Source: an uncultured Phycisphaerales bacterium
GTDB lineage: Bacteria; Planctomycetota; Phycisphaerae; Tepidisphaerales; Tepidisphaeraceae
NCBI GenBank assembly: GCA_963758525.1
Contig: CAVWVQ010000004.1
Span: 96,001 to 160,000 of the forward strand
Direction of reading: 5' to 3'
DNA length: 64,000 nucleotides
In this document: positions 50,628 through 62,235 of the stretch, piece after piece
How positions within the stretch are numbered: the stretch's first letter is position 1
Layout of the letters: every line of letters begins with the position of its first letter
Notes under the pieces: generated by a model
Database searches by the model: none
Seen by the model: the letters and a program-made list of their open reading frames with translations, nothing else
Told to the model about the DNA's origin: nothing
Translations under genes and position numbers: made by a program

Positions 50628-51171
50628 TGCGCTGGTCGGCGTGCTCCACGAGCGCAAGGTCCGCTACGCCATCATCGGCGGACTCGCGATGATTCAACAT
50701 ACTCGCGTGCGAACCACCGATGACATCGATACGCTGCTGGCGCTCCCTCAAATCGCCATGGCTGGCTTCTTCGAGGCACTCCAGGCTCGCGGGTTTCAGA
50801 TTGAGATGGTGCGAAATATTCGGGAGCTTCGGGACGAGGGTTTGACGAAGATCGAGTTCGACGACGTGATCGTCGACCTGATGCGGCCACTGCCCGCATA
50901 TGCTCATGTCCTGGACCTAGCCGTCGAGTCGAAGATTCTCGGGCATGAGGTGCGTGTCAGTTCGGCCGAGGGGTTGATCGTGATGAAGCTCATCGCCGAC
51001 AGACCGATGGACGAGACTGACATACGTGACCTGCTGGTCGCCTACGGGAACGAACTCGATTTGGGTTACGTCCAAACTGAACTCCATTCCATCATGGAGC
51101 AGAACGACCCGCGCCTGGCAAAGCTCGAGGCGTGGATTGCGGACACGCACGATGGCACAAGTTCGCGCTGA
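50569..51171 (+). CDS. nucleotidyltransferase, AbiEii/MenT1-like
   Basis: YAIIGGLA, RTTDDID, VDLM, LIVMKL..DRPMD..D. Confidence 0.85.
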   Translation: MPNADDSLPPAGRTLQRAFDALVGVLHERKVRYAIIGGLAMIQHTRVRTTDDIDTLLALPQIAMAGFFEALQARGFQIEMVRNIRELRDEGLTKIEFDDVIVDLMRPLPAYAHVLDLAVESKILGHEVRVSSAEGLIVMKLIADRPMDETDIRDLLVAYGNELDLGYVQTELHSIMEQNDPRLAKLEAWIADTHDGTSSR

Positions 51172-51294
51172 AAACAATTTCGGCGGTAGTCAGATCCCCG
51201 CTTGAGCTCTGACGCCCTGCACCCTCTCTTAGCGCGCGCGCGTGAATAATCTTCCCAATTTAGTTTTGAAGCCAGCAAAGAATGATCCTCCCCC

Positions 51295-51349
51295 GTAGCA
51301 CAGCCGTCTCGGCTGTGATTTCGGGCCACAGCCGAGACGGCTGTGCTGC
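51295..51349. repeat. family C (GTAG subtype) pair, inverted near-copy of 35854 element including flanks
   Basis: GTAGCACAGCCGTCTCGGCTGTG ... CACAGCCGAGACGGCTGTGCTGC. Confidence 0.88.
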
Positions 51350-51403
51350 AAAACTGCGTTACTGATAGCTTCGACATCGATCAAGTTATTCGTGCGCGAG
51401 CGC

Positions 51404-54043
<2,640 letters not shown>

Positions 54044-54139
54044 AACGCATTATTATATCCCAAGCCGTTTCATCGGACAGTGTGATTGGCGGCTCCCCGA
54101 ATCACATCGCAGTCGTTCCCCCAGTGCCCGCTTGCTGAG

Positions 54140-54263
54140 TCCGGCGACAAGTCGCTCGGCTCCGCGCTGCCGCGACGCACATGGCCCCTCGCAGGATTTG
54201 TGCACGTAATCCAAGGGGGTTTATGTGTCGCGGCATCGCAGAGCCGGGCGACTTGTCGCCGGA
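54140..54263. repeat. about 125-nt imperfect hairpin (family E)
   Basis: 40-bp arms TCCGGCGACAAGTCGCTCGGCTCCGCGCTGCCGCGACGCA with 4 mismatches; pairing continues inward. Confidence 0.85.
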
Positions 54264-54599
54264 TTCCCAGCGCGCGCCATGCTCGCCTCTCGTTGACTCG
54301 CTTCCGGACCTGCTGAATAATGAATTCCGATGGTTGCGGTTCTCGAATCACATCTTTGGAGCGTCTGGCCGAAAACCCAACATCGATGAGCCAGCCCGCC
54401 AAGAGTTTGGCGCGAGGACAAGCTGCGGAATTCAAGTTCGAACCATCTGGTGTCTCGCCTTCGTAAGCTGCTCGTGACAGGCCCCCGACATTGCCCGGGA
54501 CGGGTCGCCTGTACTGAGCAAGCCGAGCGAGTCGAAGTGCCGCTTTTTTATCTATTGCCCTGCCGCGATGAGAAAGGTTGCCGGTTCGCGATGAGCCGG

Positions 54600-54608
54600 T
54601 GGTATAAT
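54600..54608 (+). promoter_or_regulatory. extended -10 promoter, leaderless
   Basis: TGG-TATAAT 7 nt before ATG 54616, no SD. Confidence 0.6.
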
Positions 54609-54615
54609 CGCGGCT

Positions 54616-55247
54616 ATGCCGGACGTCATCGGTCAGCCTCTTCTCGAAGAAGCGCTTGAGCGCAGGGAGGTGCTTGTGCGTTACACCGTTGACCAGTACC
54701 ACGAGTTCATTGCAACCGGGATGTTGCCTGAGACGATCCGAACGGAACTGATCGATGGGTTGCTGGTTCAAAAAGACCGCGCGAGCGCGGGGGATGGCCT
54801 GATGACGATCGGCGATCGGCACCGGATGGTGGTGCTTCGGCTCACCGAGTTGGCACCGCAGTTCAAGGCGTTCGGGTGTTTCCTGCAGGCGCAAATGCCG
54901 ATCGCAATTCCGCCCAGCAGCGAACCAGAACCGGACATCTCTGTAATTCGGGGGGTGATTGAGAATTTTCGAGATCACCCCCCGGCAGCCCATGACGCGT
55001 TGTTCGTTCTTGAAGTCGCCGACAGTTCGTTGCGACGTGATCTAAAGGTGAAACTGCCGATCTATGCCAAGGGTGGCATTCAGGAGTACATCTTCATCAA
55101 TTTGAAGGATGATGTGATTTTGGTTTATTGCCGTCCCGACGGAGCGAATTACGCCGAAGTAACCGAACTGCGCCCGGCGACACCCTGAAGCTGCCTACCG
55201 CCGCCCACCAGACGGTGGACGTCTCGACCGCTCTGCTGCTCGGGTAG
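54616..55247 (+). CDS. Uma2/DUF820 family PD-(D/E)xK endonuclease, frameshift near 55177
   Basis: ELIDG, PEPD, LEVADSSLRRD, K..YA..GIQEY; adding one G gives ..ELRPGDTLKLP..LLLG stop. Confidence 0.88.
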
Positions 55248-55399
55248 CCGTCTCGGGCCCGGGGATTCAGCACCTCGTAAATCCAATCTGGTAATTCACC
55301 GCGACCGGCACGTATTGCGTTCAACGCGCCAAAATGTCGCCCGCGTTTGCGATAGTCGGCGCTGCGCCTATTGTGATGCATCAGAAAGGGATGCCGTGC

Positions 55400-56098
55400 A
55401 TGGCGGAGCGTACAACCGAAGCGATCGCGCTGGCTCATGTGAGCAAGTGGTACGGCCAGGGGCCGGGGAGAGTCGGCGCGCTGACGGATGTCAGCGTGAC
55501 AATCGGCCCCGGTCGCATGGTTGCCCTGCTCGGACGCAGCGGGTCGGGGAAGACAACGCTGCTCAATCTTCTTGGGGCGGTTGACCGCCCTTCCACCGGC
55601 TCGGTCCGCATCGAGGGATGTGAACTGAGCGCGCTGTCGGAAGGGAAGCTCGCGTTGTTCCGCCGACGACGACTTGGGTACGTGTTTCAGGCTTTTCATC
55701 TCGTGCCGAGCCTCACCGCCCTTCAGAACGTAGCGCTGCCGCTCATGCTCGACCGCAAATTTGACAAGGCGCAACGTGCGCACGTTACCGGGCTCCTCGA
55801 ACGATTGGGCCTCGCCGGCCTCGCAGCGCGGTATCCCGACGAACTCTCCGGCGGCCAGCAGCAGCGCGTCGCGATCGCCCGCGCGATTGTTCATGAGCCG
55901 GTGGTGCTTCTTGCAGACGAGCCGACGGGCAACCTCGACGTGCAGACGGGGCGGGAGATTCTTGATCTTTTGCAAACGATGCCGCGCGAGCTGGGCGTCA
56001 CCGTCGTGATTGCCACTCATTCCCAGGAAGCAGCCGAGCGATGCGATCAGCGCCTCGTGCTCGAAGACGGCCGCCTGATGCCTGGAGGCGCTGCGTGA
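55400..56098 (+). CDS. ABC ATP-binding protein (LolD/MacB-type, AttE-like)
   Basis: [36 protein letters not shown]. Confidence 0.94.
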   Translation: MAERTTEAIALAHVSKWYGQGPGRVGALTDVSVTIGPGRMVALLGRSGSGKTTLLNLLGAVDRPSTGSVRIEGCELSALSEGKLALFRRRRLGYVFQAFHLVPSLTALQNVALPLMLDRKFDKAQRAHVTGLLERLGLAGLAARYPDELSGGQQQRVAIARAIVHEPVVLLADEPTGNLDVQTGREILDLLQTMPRELGVTVVIATHSQEAAERCDQRLVLEDGRLMPGGAA

Positions 56099-58635
56099 TC
56101 CGGCTGGCGCTGCAACTGGCACGCGGACACTTTCGCAAGCACCTGCTGGAGGCGGCGCTATGCGTCATCGGCGTGGCGCTGGGAGTTGCGGTCGCAGTTG
56201 GCATCGACGGCGCGGTTTCGGCGAGCGTCGCCAGCTTTCGCGGGGCGGTGGAAAGCGTTTCAGGCAGCGCAACCCACAGCATTACCGCGACGACCGGTGA
56301 GCTCACCGACGAACAATACATTGAGCTGGCCCGCTCCCATCACCCCTGGCCGATGACGCCCGTGATCGATCGCCGGGTCGCTGCCCTTGATGGCGACGGC
56401 GTGCCGCACGTGGTTCGACTGCTCGGCATCGATCCATTTGCTGACGATCAGATGCGTCCTTTCACCGTCTTTGATCGGAAGACGAATCCGTCCGCATTCC
56501 GCGCGTTTTACACCGAGCCCAACACCGTGGTCCTGGCAGACGAGTTGGCGGCGACGTTGCATGCGGGCGTTGGTTCGGAGGTTCGGGTGAACGTCGGCAA
56601 CCGGGTGCAGACGGTTCGAGTCGTGGCGATCGCGACGATCACCGGCCCGTTCCGATCGCAACTCGCAGACCTGGTGATCGCTGATCTGTCGACGGCGCAG
56701 GAGTTGGTCAATGGCGTCGGTCAGATCGATCGGATCGATGTGCGTCTGGCCGCCGGTCAGGAAGCCGCGGCGGCGGCGAGTTTGCCAAGGGGGCTGGAGC
56801 TCCGCTCGGTTTCGGATCGTGCCGATCAACTCGAAGAGTTGATTGCGGCGTACAAGCTCAACCTCAATGCGCTGAGCCTGATGGCAAGCTTCGTCGCGAT
56901 TTTCATCGTCTACAACGCCATGCTCGTTTCCGTGCAGCAGCGGATCAAGACGCTGGCGGTGTTGCGGTGTCTGGGAAGCTCGCGGTTGCAGCTTGGCGGG
57001 ATTTACCTGATCGAGGCTGTCGCGTTTTCAGCCGCCGGGGCGGTGCTGGGAATTCTCGGCGGATGGGCGCTGTGCGCGGTGATGGTCGGCTACGTGGGAG
57101 GAACCATCAACGAGCTGTATGCCGCGATTCGCCCGCCGGCGGCAACATTGAATAACGCCATGATCGTGAAAGGGGCGATCATCGCACTTGCCAGCGGTCT
57201 GGTCGGCGCGGCGATTCCGCTCTTTCTGGCGACGCGCACTCCGCCGATTACCAGTCTGCGGCCAAGCGCCCAGCGGAGCAACTCGCGCCGCGCGGCGTGG
57301 CTGCTCCTGCCGGTCGGCGCTGCGTGCCTGTTGCTGGCGCTGCTGCTCGACCGCGTGCCGGGCGATTCACCGCGCGTCGGGTTCGGCATGGCGCTGCTGA
57401 CGGCGCTCGGCTTTGCGATGCTCTGTCCGATCGCGACCTGGTGGGTTGCGTCGATCATCGGTGGCGCGGGCCGGGCGCTGCGCGTAGTATCCGTGCAGAT
57501 GGCGGCGGCGAGCGTTGCCCACGGCTTGCGCGTGACGGGCGTCGCGGTCGCCGCGATGATGCTCGCGATGGCGATGAACGTCGCGCTGCTGACGATGGTC
57601 GCGTCGTTTCGCTCGGCGGTGATGCAGTGGCTCGATCAGCGATTTCGATCGGACGTTTTCATTGGTCCGGAGCTGCAGATCGACTATCGCATTGATTCCA
57701 TGCTCGATCCGCGGGTGATCCGTTGGGTGGAGCAGCAGCCGGAAACGGCAGAGCGATTGCTGTACCGCAAGCGGCCGCTCGAGCTGGACGGCGTCTCGAC
57801 GAGCCTGGTGTGCACCGAAGTACCGACGCTGCTCGAACGCGGAATGCTGCCGTTCCGGTCTCCGCCGCCGCCAGGCGAGAGATTCGATCCGCGCCACGAT
57901 CTGCTGCTGAGCGAACCGCTGGCGGGGAAAATCAAGGCCCGCCGTGGCGAGATGATTACGCTCGACACGCCCAGCGGCCCGGCGCGATTCAAGGTCTTCG
58001 CAGTTTACTTCGACTTTGCTTCCGATCGCGGCGAGGCGTTGCTCGATCGCTCTGAATATGCGCGGCTGTGGAAGGACGAGCGCGTCGACGCGATCCACGT
58101 GCGGCTGCGCGATCCCGCCGCGGTGCATGAGGTGGTGACGCGGTGGGCCGCTGAGTTGGAGCCAAACTATCCGGTGCTGGTTCACGATTATGCGCACGTG
58201 AAGGGAGAGACAGTCAAAATCTTCGATCGCACGTTTCGCGTGACCGATGTCCTTGGCTGGATGGCAGGCGGCGTTGCCTTCTGCGGGTTGGCGGGCGCAT
58301 TGCTTTCGCTTTCGATGGCCCGGCAGCGCGAGTATGGAGTGCTCTCCGCCATCGGAATGTCGGGATCGCAGACCGCGCTGTGGGTTGCGTTCGAGGGCAT
58401 CATCATCGCCCTTGTCGCGGCGATGCTCGCGTCAGCCGCGGGCACGGCATTGGCGTATCTGCTCGCATACGTCATTCAATATCGCTCGTTCGGCTGGAGC
58501 ATCCCGATGCAGGTTCAGCCCCGGCTGTGGGGCGAGGCGTTGAGCTGGTCGCTGGTTGCCGCGGTGCTGGCCGCCGTGTATCCGATCTATCGGCTGCGCC
58601 GCGACCCGCCGGCGCGGAGCTTGAGGCAGGAGTAA
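56095..58635 (+). CDS. double FtsX/MacB-type permease (AttFG-like)
   Basis: GGAGG + GTGA overlap; GVALGVAV, two periplasmic/TM halves, R...A.LR.LG, YRSFGWS. Confidence 0.9.
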   Translation: MIRLALQLARGHFRKHLLEAALCVIGVALGVAVAVGIDGAVSASVASFRGAVESVSGSATHSITATTGELTDEQYIELARSHHPWPMTPVIDRRVAALDGDGVPHVVRLLGIDPFADDQMRPFTVFDRKTNPSAFRAFYTEPNTVVLADELAATLHAGVGSEVRVNVGNRVQTVRVVAIATITGPFRSQLADLVIADLSTAQELVNGVGQIDRIDVRLAAGQEAAAAASLPRGLELRSVSDRADQLEELIAAYKLNLNALSLMASFVAIFIVYNAMLVSVQQRIKTLAVLRCLGSSRLQLGGIYLIEAVAFSAAGAVLGILGGWALCAVMVGYVGGTINELYAAIRPPAATLNNAMIVKGAIIALASGLVGAAIPLFLATRTPPITSLRPSAQRSNSRRAAWLLLPVGAACLLLALLLDRVPGDSPRVGFGMALLTALGFAMLCPIATWWVASIIGGAGRALRVVSVQMAAASVAHGLRVTGVAVAAMMLAMAMNVALLTMVASFRSAVMQWLDQRFRSDVFIGPELQIDYRIDSMLDPRVIRWVEQQPETAERLLYRKRPLELDGVSTSLVCTEVPTLLERGMLPFRSPPPPGERFDPRHDLLLSEPLAGKIKARRGEMITLDTPSGPARFKVFAVYFDFASDRGEALLDRSEYARLWKDERVDAIHVRLRDPAAVHEVVTRWAAELEPNYPVLVHDYAHVKGETVKIFDRTFRVTDVLGWMAGGVAFCGLAGALLSLSMARQREYGVLSAIGMSGSQTALWVAFEGIIIALVAAMLASAAGTALAYLLAYVIQYRSFGWSIPMQVQPRLWGEALSWSLVAAVLAAVYPIYRLRRDPPARSLRQE

Positions 58636-58779
58636 TATCAATTGATGCAGCTCGCAAGCTTCCGATATGCATTCCTGAATGAACGTGCGCGATTACGCGC
58701 ACGTGCGAGCAGAATGCTGCCCTTAGGGCAGCCGCTAAGCGGTTTTTGGAAGCGCGTAATCGTGCAAGGTCAACTAGTC

Positions 58780-59851
58780 ATGCTGACCACTGCCTTGGTC
58801 TGCGCCGGTCTGGGCGCGACCGGCGCCGGCGAGGGATTCAAGGAAGCGCTCAAGCCACGCGCGTGGTCCTTCCCGCGCGACCATGGCCGCCATGACGGCT
58901 TCCGCACGGAATGGTGGTATTTCACCGGAAATCTCAGCACTCCCGATCATCGGCCCTTCGGGTTTGAACTGACATTTTTCCGTACGTCGTTGGCGCCATC
59001 CGCAGAGCACCGCGCCAGCAAATGGGCGACGACCGATCTGTATTTCGCTCATGCGCACGTTGCCGACATTCTGGCAAAACGGTATGTCGTCGCCGATGAA
59101 AGTTCCCGCGCCCGCCAGGGCTTGGCGATGGCGTCCGATCGCGGCCTGGATGTTGCCCTGCTCGATTGGTCCGCGCCAGAGCGACGACGGAGTGATCCAT
59201 TTGCGCGCCACTGGTGACGACTGCGCCCTCTCGCTCGACTGCACCATCGAGCGCGGCCCAATCTTCCAGGGGCCTGGCGGCTTGAGCGGGAAAGGCCATG
59301 AAACAGGCCAAGCGTCGTACTACTACTCCTTCACACGACTCCGCACCAAAGGCACGCTCACCGTCTCCGGCCAGTCATATCCGGTCGAAGGTCTGAGCTG
59401 GATGGATCACGAGTTCTCCAGCAATCAACTGTCCAAGGGTCAGGTTGGCTGGGACTGGATGTGCCTGCAACTGGACAACGGCACCGATCTGATGATCTAC
59501 CGCATGCGCGACGCCGCCGGTAAATCGGATTTTGCGTTTGCGACGGAGGTCACGCCGGATGGAAAAACGCGTTACATCTCCGGCAGCGAGATCGATCTTC
59601 GCGGTTCCGATCCATGGAAGAGTGCCGCATCCGGCGGAGCATATCCGCAACGCTGGGAGGTCCGGATCGCCGGGCTGCAGCCGATGGTCGTCAAGACGCG
59701 ATTTGAGGATCAGGAGTTGCGGCCCGTTCGTTCGCCGAAAGTGATTTATTATGAAGGTGCGGCGGAGGCGTTCGATGCCGCGGGTCATCACCTGGGGCTG
59801 GGGTATCTGGAAATGACTGGGTATGCGGAGTCGCTGGGGGGATCTTTTTGA
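58780..59851 (+). CDS. AttH/CrtC-like lipocalin-fold hydratase-family protein, frameshift near 59176
   Basis: FPRDHG.H..FRTEWWYFTG, SYYYS, WMDHE, GWDW, YP..W, DQEL, YYEG, GYLEMTGY. Confidence 0.88.
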
Positions 59852-59882
59852 ATCCGCACGTTGATCGAAGGGGACAACAGCG

Positions 59883-60481
59883 ATGCAACCGCATCCGGAT
59901 TATAAGTCGATTCGTGACGCCGTCCGCCGGCTGCTTCCAGCCGCGAGCGCATACCGGGGCATTTGTATCGAGCTACCGATCCGCTCTACGCAAACATCCG
60001 GGATCTGTTGACAGGCGAAGGAAGTCGGAGGTACGGCGGCCGATGAAACTCGCCGGGCGGTGCGGCGACGGTCTATCTTGCGCAGCGCATTGACGGCGCC
60101 ATTGCAGAAGCATTTGGTATTCCGAAGCATTTCGGATTCGATCCCGCGAAGCGACTTCCGCTCACACTTGTTGCGATCGACTCGGTGCTCGATGTCGTCG
60201 TTGATCTAACAGACGCTGGTCTTCGCAAGCGCATCCGCGTTACAAACGCCGCCCTGGTGAACTGCGATTGGCGAGGCGAGAATGTGCTGAATCGCGAATC
60301 CCTTACACAGGCTTTAGGCCGCGCCGCATTCGGGTTAGGGGCAGAGGGGATGATCGTGCCCTCGGCGGTAAGGCGGGCGTTTAAGAATCTCAACGTATTT
60401 CCCGCGAATTTGGCCAGCACAAGCTCGCTGAAAATTGTGGGGGCGGAGAGACTCCCGGCGCCATCGAAACGCGATTCTTGA
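59883..60481 (+). pseudogene. RES-domain toxin, disrupted
   Basis: own translation YRA..GGR*NSPG..VYLA..AIAE..IVPSA..NLNVFP; frameshift near 59965 and TGA at 60044-60046 in the conserved GGRWN. Confidence 0.82.
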
Positions 60482-60509
60482 AAGAGCATGTGCGATTTTC
60501 TGCAACCTC

Positions 60510-60563
60510 CAAGAAGTTCTTCGTGAAGAAGTTCTTGACCACCTGATGCTTTGAGCCGATAAT
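60510..60563 (+). promoter_or_regulatory. antitoxin promoter with overlapping operator-like palindrome
   Basis: AAGAAGTTCTT twice (60511, 60526) forming a 28-bp imperfect palindrome; TTGACC (60535)-N17-GATAAT (60558). Confidence 0.6.
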
Positions 60564-60582
60564 GCTCTCGGCAGGATTGCGA

Positions 60583-60981
60583 ATGCGAACCACTCTTAGA
60601 CCACGCTGGCACAAAGATCGTCGCGGCATCGCGGGAGGAGCCAAGTCGCTGCTTCCTGTTCATTCAGTTCAGTCGTTGCGGGCTGGACTGGCGATGCCTC
60701 GATCGCAATTCGCGCGACTGGTTGGCCGTACCGAACGAGCGGTGATCGACTGGGAAGCAGGTAAAGCCAAACCGCAAGGGCTCAGCCAGCAGCGAATTCA
60801 CGAGCTGGGACGGCTCCTCGAAGCGCTGCGAGCCCTGTTCCCAGCAGAAGCGCTGGGCACATGGTTCGGCACTCCAAATCCGGCCTTTGGCGGCCTCAAA
60901 CCTACCGAGGTGATTGAGCGCGGCGAGATCGACCGTCTCTGGCAGATGATCTTTGAACTCCAGACCGCAGCCCATGTTTGA
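60583..60981 (+). CDS. HTH + Xre/MbcA/ParS-type antitoxin
   Basis: HTH FARLVGRTERAVIDWEAG; C-terminal WFGTPNPAFGGLKP; ATG 60583 preferred because ATG 60562 overlaps the -10. Confidence 0.85.
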   Translation: MRTTLRPRWHKDRRGIAGGAKSLLPVHSVQSLRAGLAMPRSQFARLVGRTERAVIDWEAGKAKPQGLSQQRIHELGRLLEALRALFPAEALGTWFGTPNPAFGGLKPTEVIERGEIDRLWQMIFELQTAAHV

Positions 60982-60984
60982 CCG

Positions 60985-62235
60985 CTACCCCTTCACCACC
61001 CGCACCCCCGTCCCCTCCGGCTGCTGATACGGTCCGGGATCGTCATAGCTGGTGATGTTGTCCCGCACCTTGAGCATCGTAAACATCCCCCCCATCGCGA
61101 TCGGCCCAAACTGACCTTGGCCGCTCATCATTGGCAGTGTGTTCTTCGGCAGCTTCATCCGCATCTGGGCCATGTCCCCCATGCCTTCGCTGCCCATCTG
61201 CATGTAGCCGGGAACGAGACGATCGACTTTTGACGAGATCCCCTTTTGATCGACGCCGACCAGGTTGGGCACGTCGTGGGACATGGCATTCATCGTGTGA
61301 TGATTCTTGTGACAGTGAAATGCCCAGTCGCCGGGGTTGTCGGCGACGAATTCCACATCGCGCGTGGAGCCAGGCGGAACGTCGACGGTGGCACTGCGCC
61401 ACCAGGCGGATTCGGGGATCTGGCCGGCGTCGGTGCCGGTGACCCACCAGTGATGGCCGTGGAAATGAATGGGGTGATTGTCCATGCTGAGATTGGCGAA
61501 GCGGACGCGCACGCGGTCGCCGATGCGGGCGACGAGCGGATCGGTGCCGGGCCAGACGCGGCTGTTGAATGTGAAGAGATTGAAGTCTGTCATGATGATC
61601 GGATTGGGCGTGGCCGACCCGGGCTCGATTGCCCATTCCTGCAGAAAGATGCAGAAATCCCGATCGATCTTCCTGGGGGCGGTTCTGGGATGAATGACGA
61701 AGAATCCCTGCATGCCCATCGCCATCTGCATCATTTCGTCAAAATGCGGATGGTACATCTGCGTGCCGTTCTGCTTGAGCGTGAACTCATAGACAAAGGT
61801 TTCCTCGGGCTTGATCGGCCTTTGCGTGACTCCGGAGACTCCGTCCATGCCGTTGGGCAGGATCAAGCCGTGCCAATGGACAGTGGTGGGTTCAGGGAGA
61901 TGGTTGGTGACGAAAATGCGCACAGTGTCACCTTCGACGGCTTCAATTGTTGGGCCGGGCGTCTGGCCGTTGTATCCCCAGCAGTTGGCGATCATGCCGG
62001 GGGAAAACTCCCGCTTCACCGGCTCGGCAACGAGACGAAATACTTTCACGCCTCCGTCGGTCTCGAAGGGAAGCGTCGATCCGTTGGGCGTGATGACGGG
62101 TTGATAATTTCCGCCCGGTGCGGCGGGCTGCCTTGCAGCAGCGGTGGACGAAATCGTCGCCCCCTTTGCCAACCTAGTTGCTCCCCCCGCCAGGGCCGCG
62201 GCCCCGCAGACAATCGCTTCACGTCGAGTAATCAT
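60985..62235 (-). CDS. Tat-exported multicopper oxidase with Met-rich tail
   Basis: TRR Tat motif; HWH, YHPH, HPIHFHGH, HCHKNHH; ATGA overlap. Confidence 0.92.
   Translation of the reverse strand: MITRREAIVCGAAALAGGATRLAKGATISSTAAARQPAAPGGNYQPVITPNGSTLPFETDGGVKVFRLVAEPVKREFSPGMIANCWGYNGQTPGPTIEAVEGDTVRIFVTNHLPEPTTVHWHGLILPNGMDGVSGVTQRPIKPEETFVYEFTLKQNGTQMYHPHFDEMMQMAMGMQGFFVIHPRTAPRKIDRDFCIFLQEWAIEPGSATPNPIIMTDFNLFTFNSRVWPGTDPLVARIGDRVRVRFANLSMDNHPIHFHGHHWWVTGTDAGQIPESAWWRSATVDVPPGSTRDVEFVADNPGDWAFHCHKNHHTMNAMSHDVPNLVGVDQKGISSKVDRLVPGYMQMGSEGMGDMAQMRMKLPKNTLPMMSGQGQFGPIAMGGMFTMLKVRDNITSYDDPGPYQQPEGTGVRVVKG

Noticed and set aside
54070..54993. 307-aa minus-strand ORF
   Set aside because: Antisense to Uma2 and runs through a hairpin repeat; no coherent domain
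60044..60046. TGA recoding (Trp or selenocysteine)
   Set aside because: TGA terminates many genes here, Trp is otherwise TGG, and the position is a Trp rather than a Cys site
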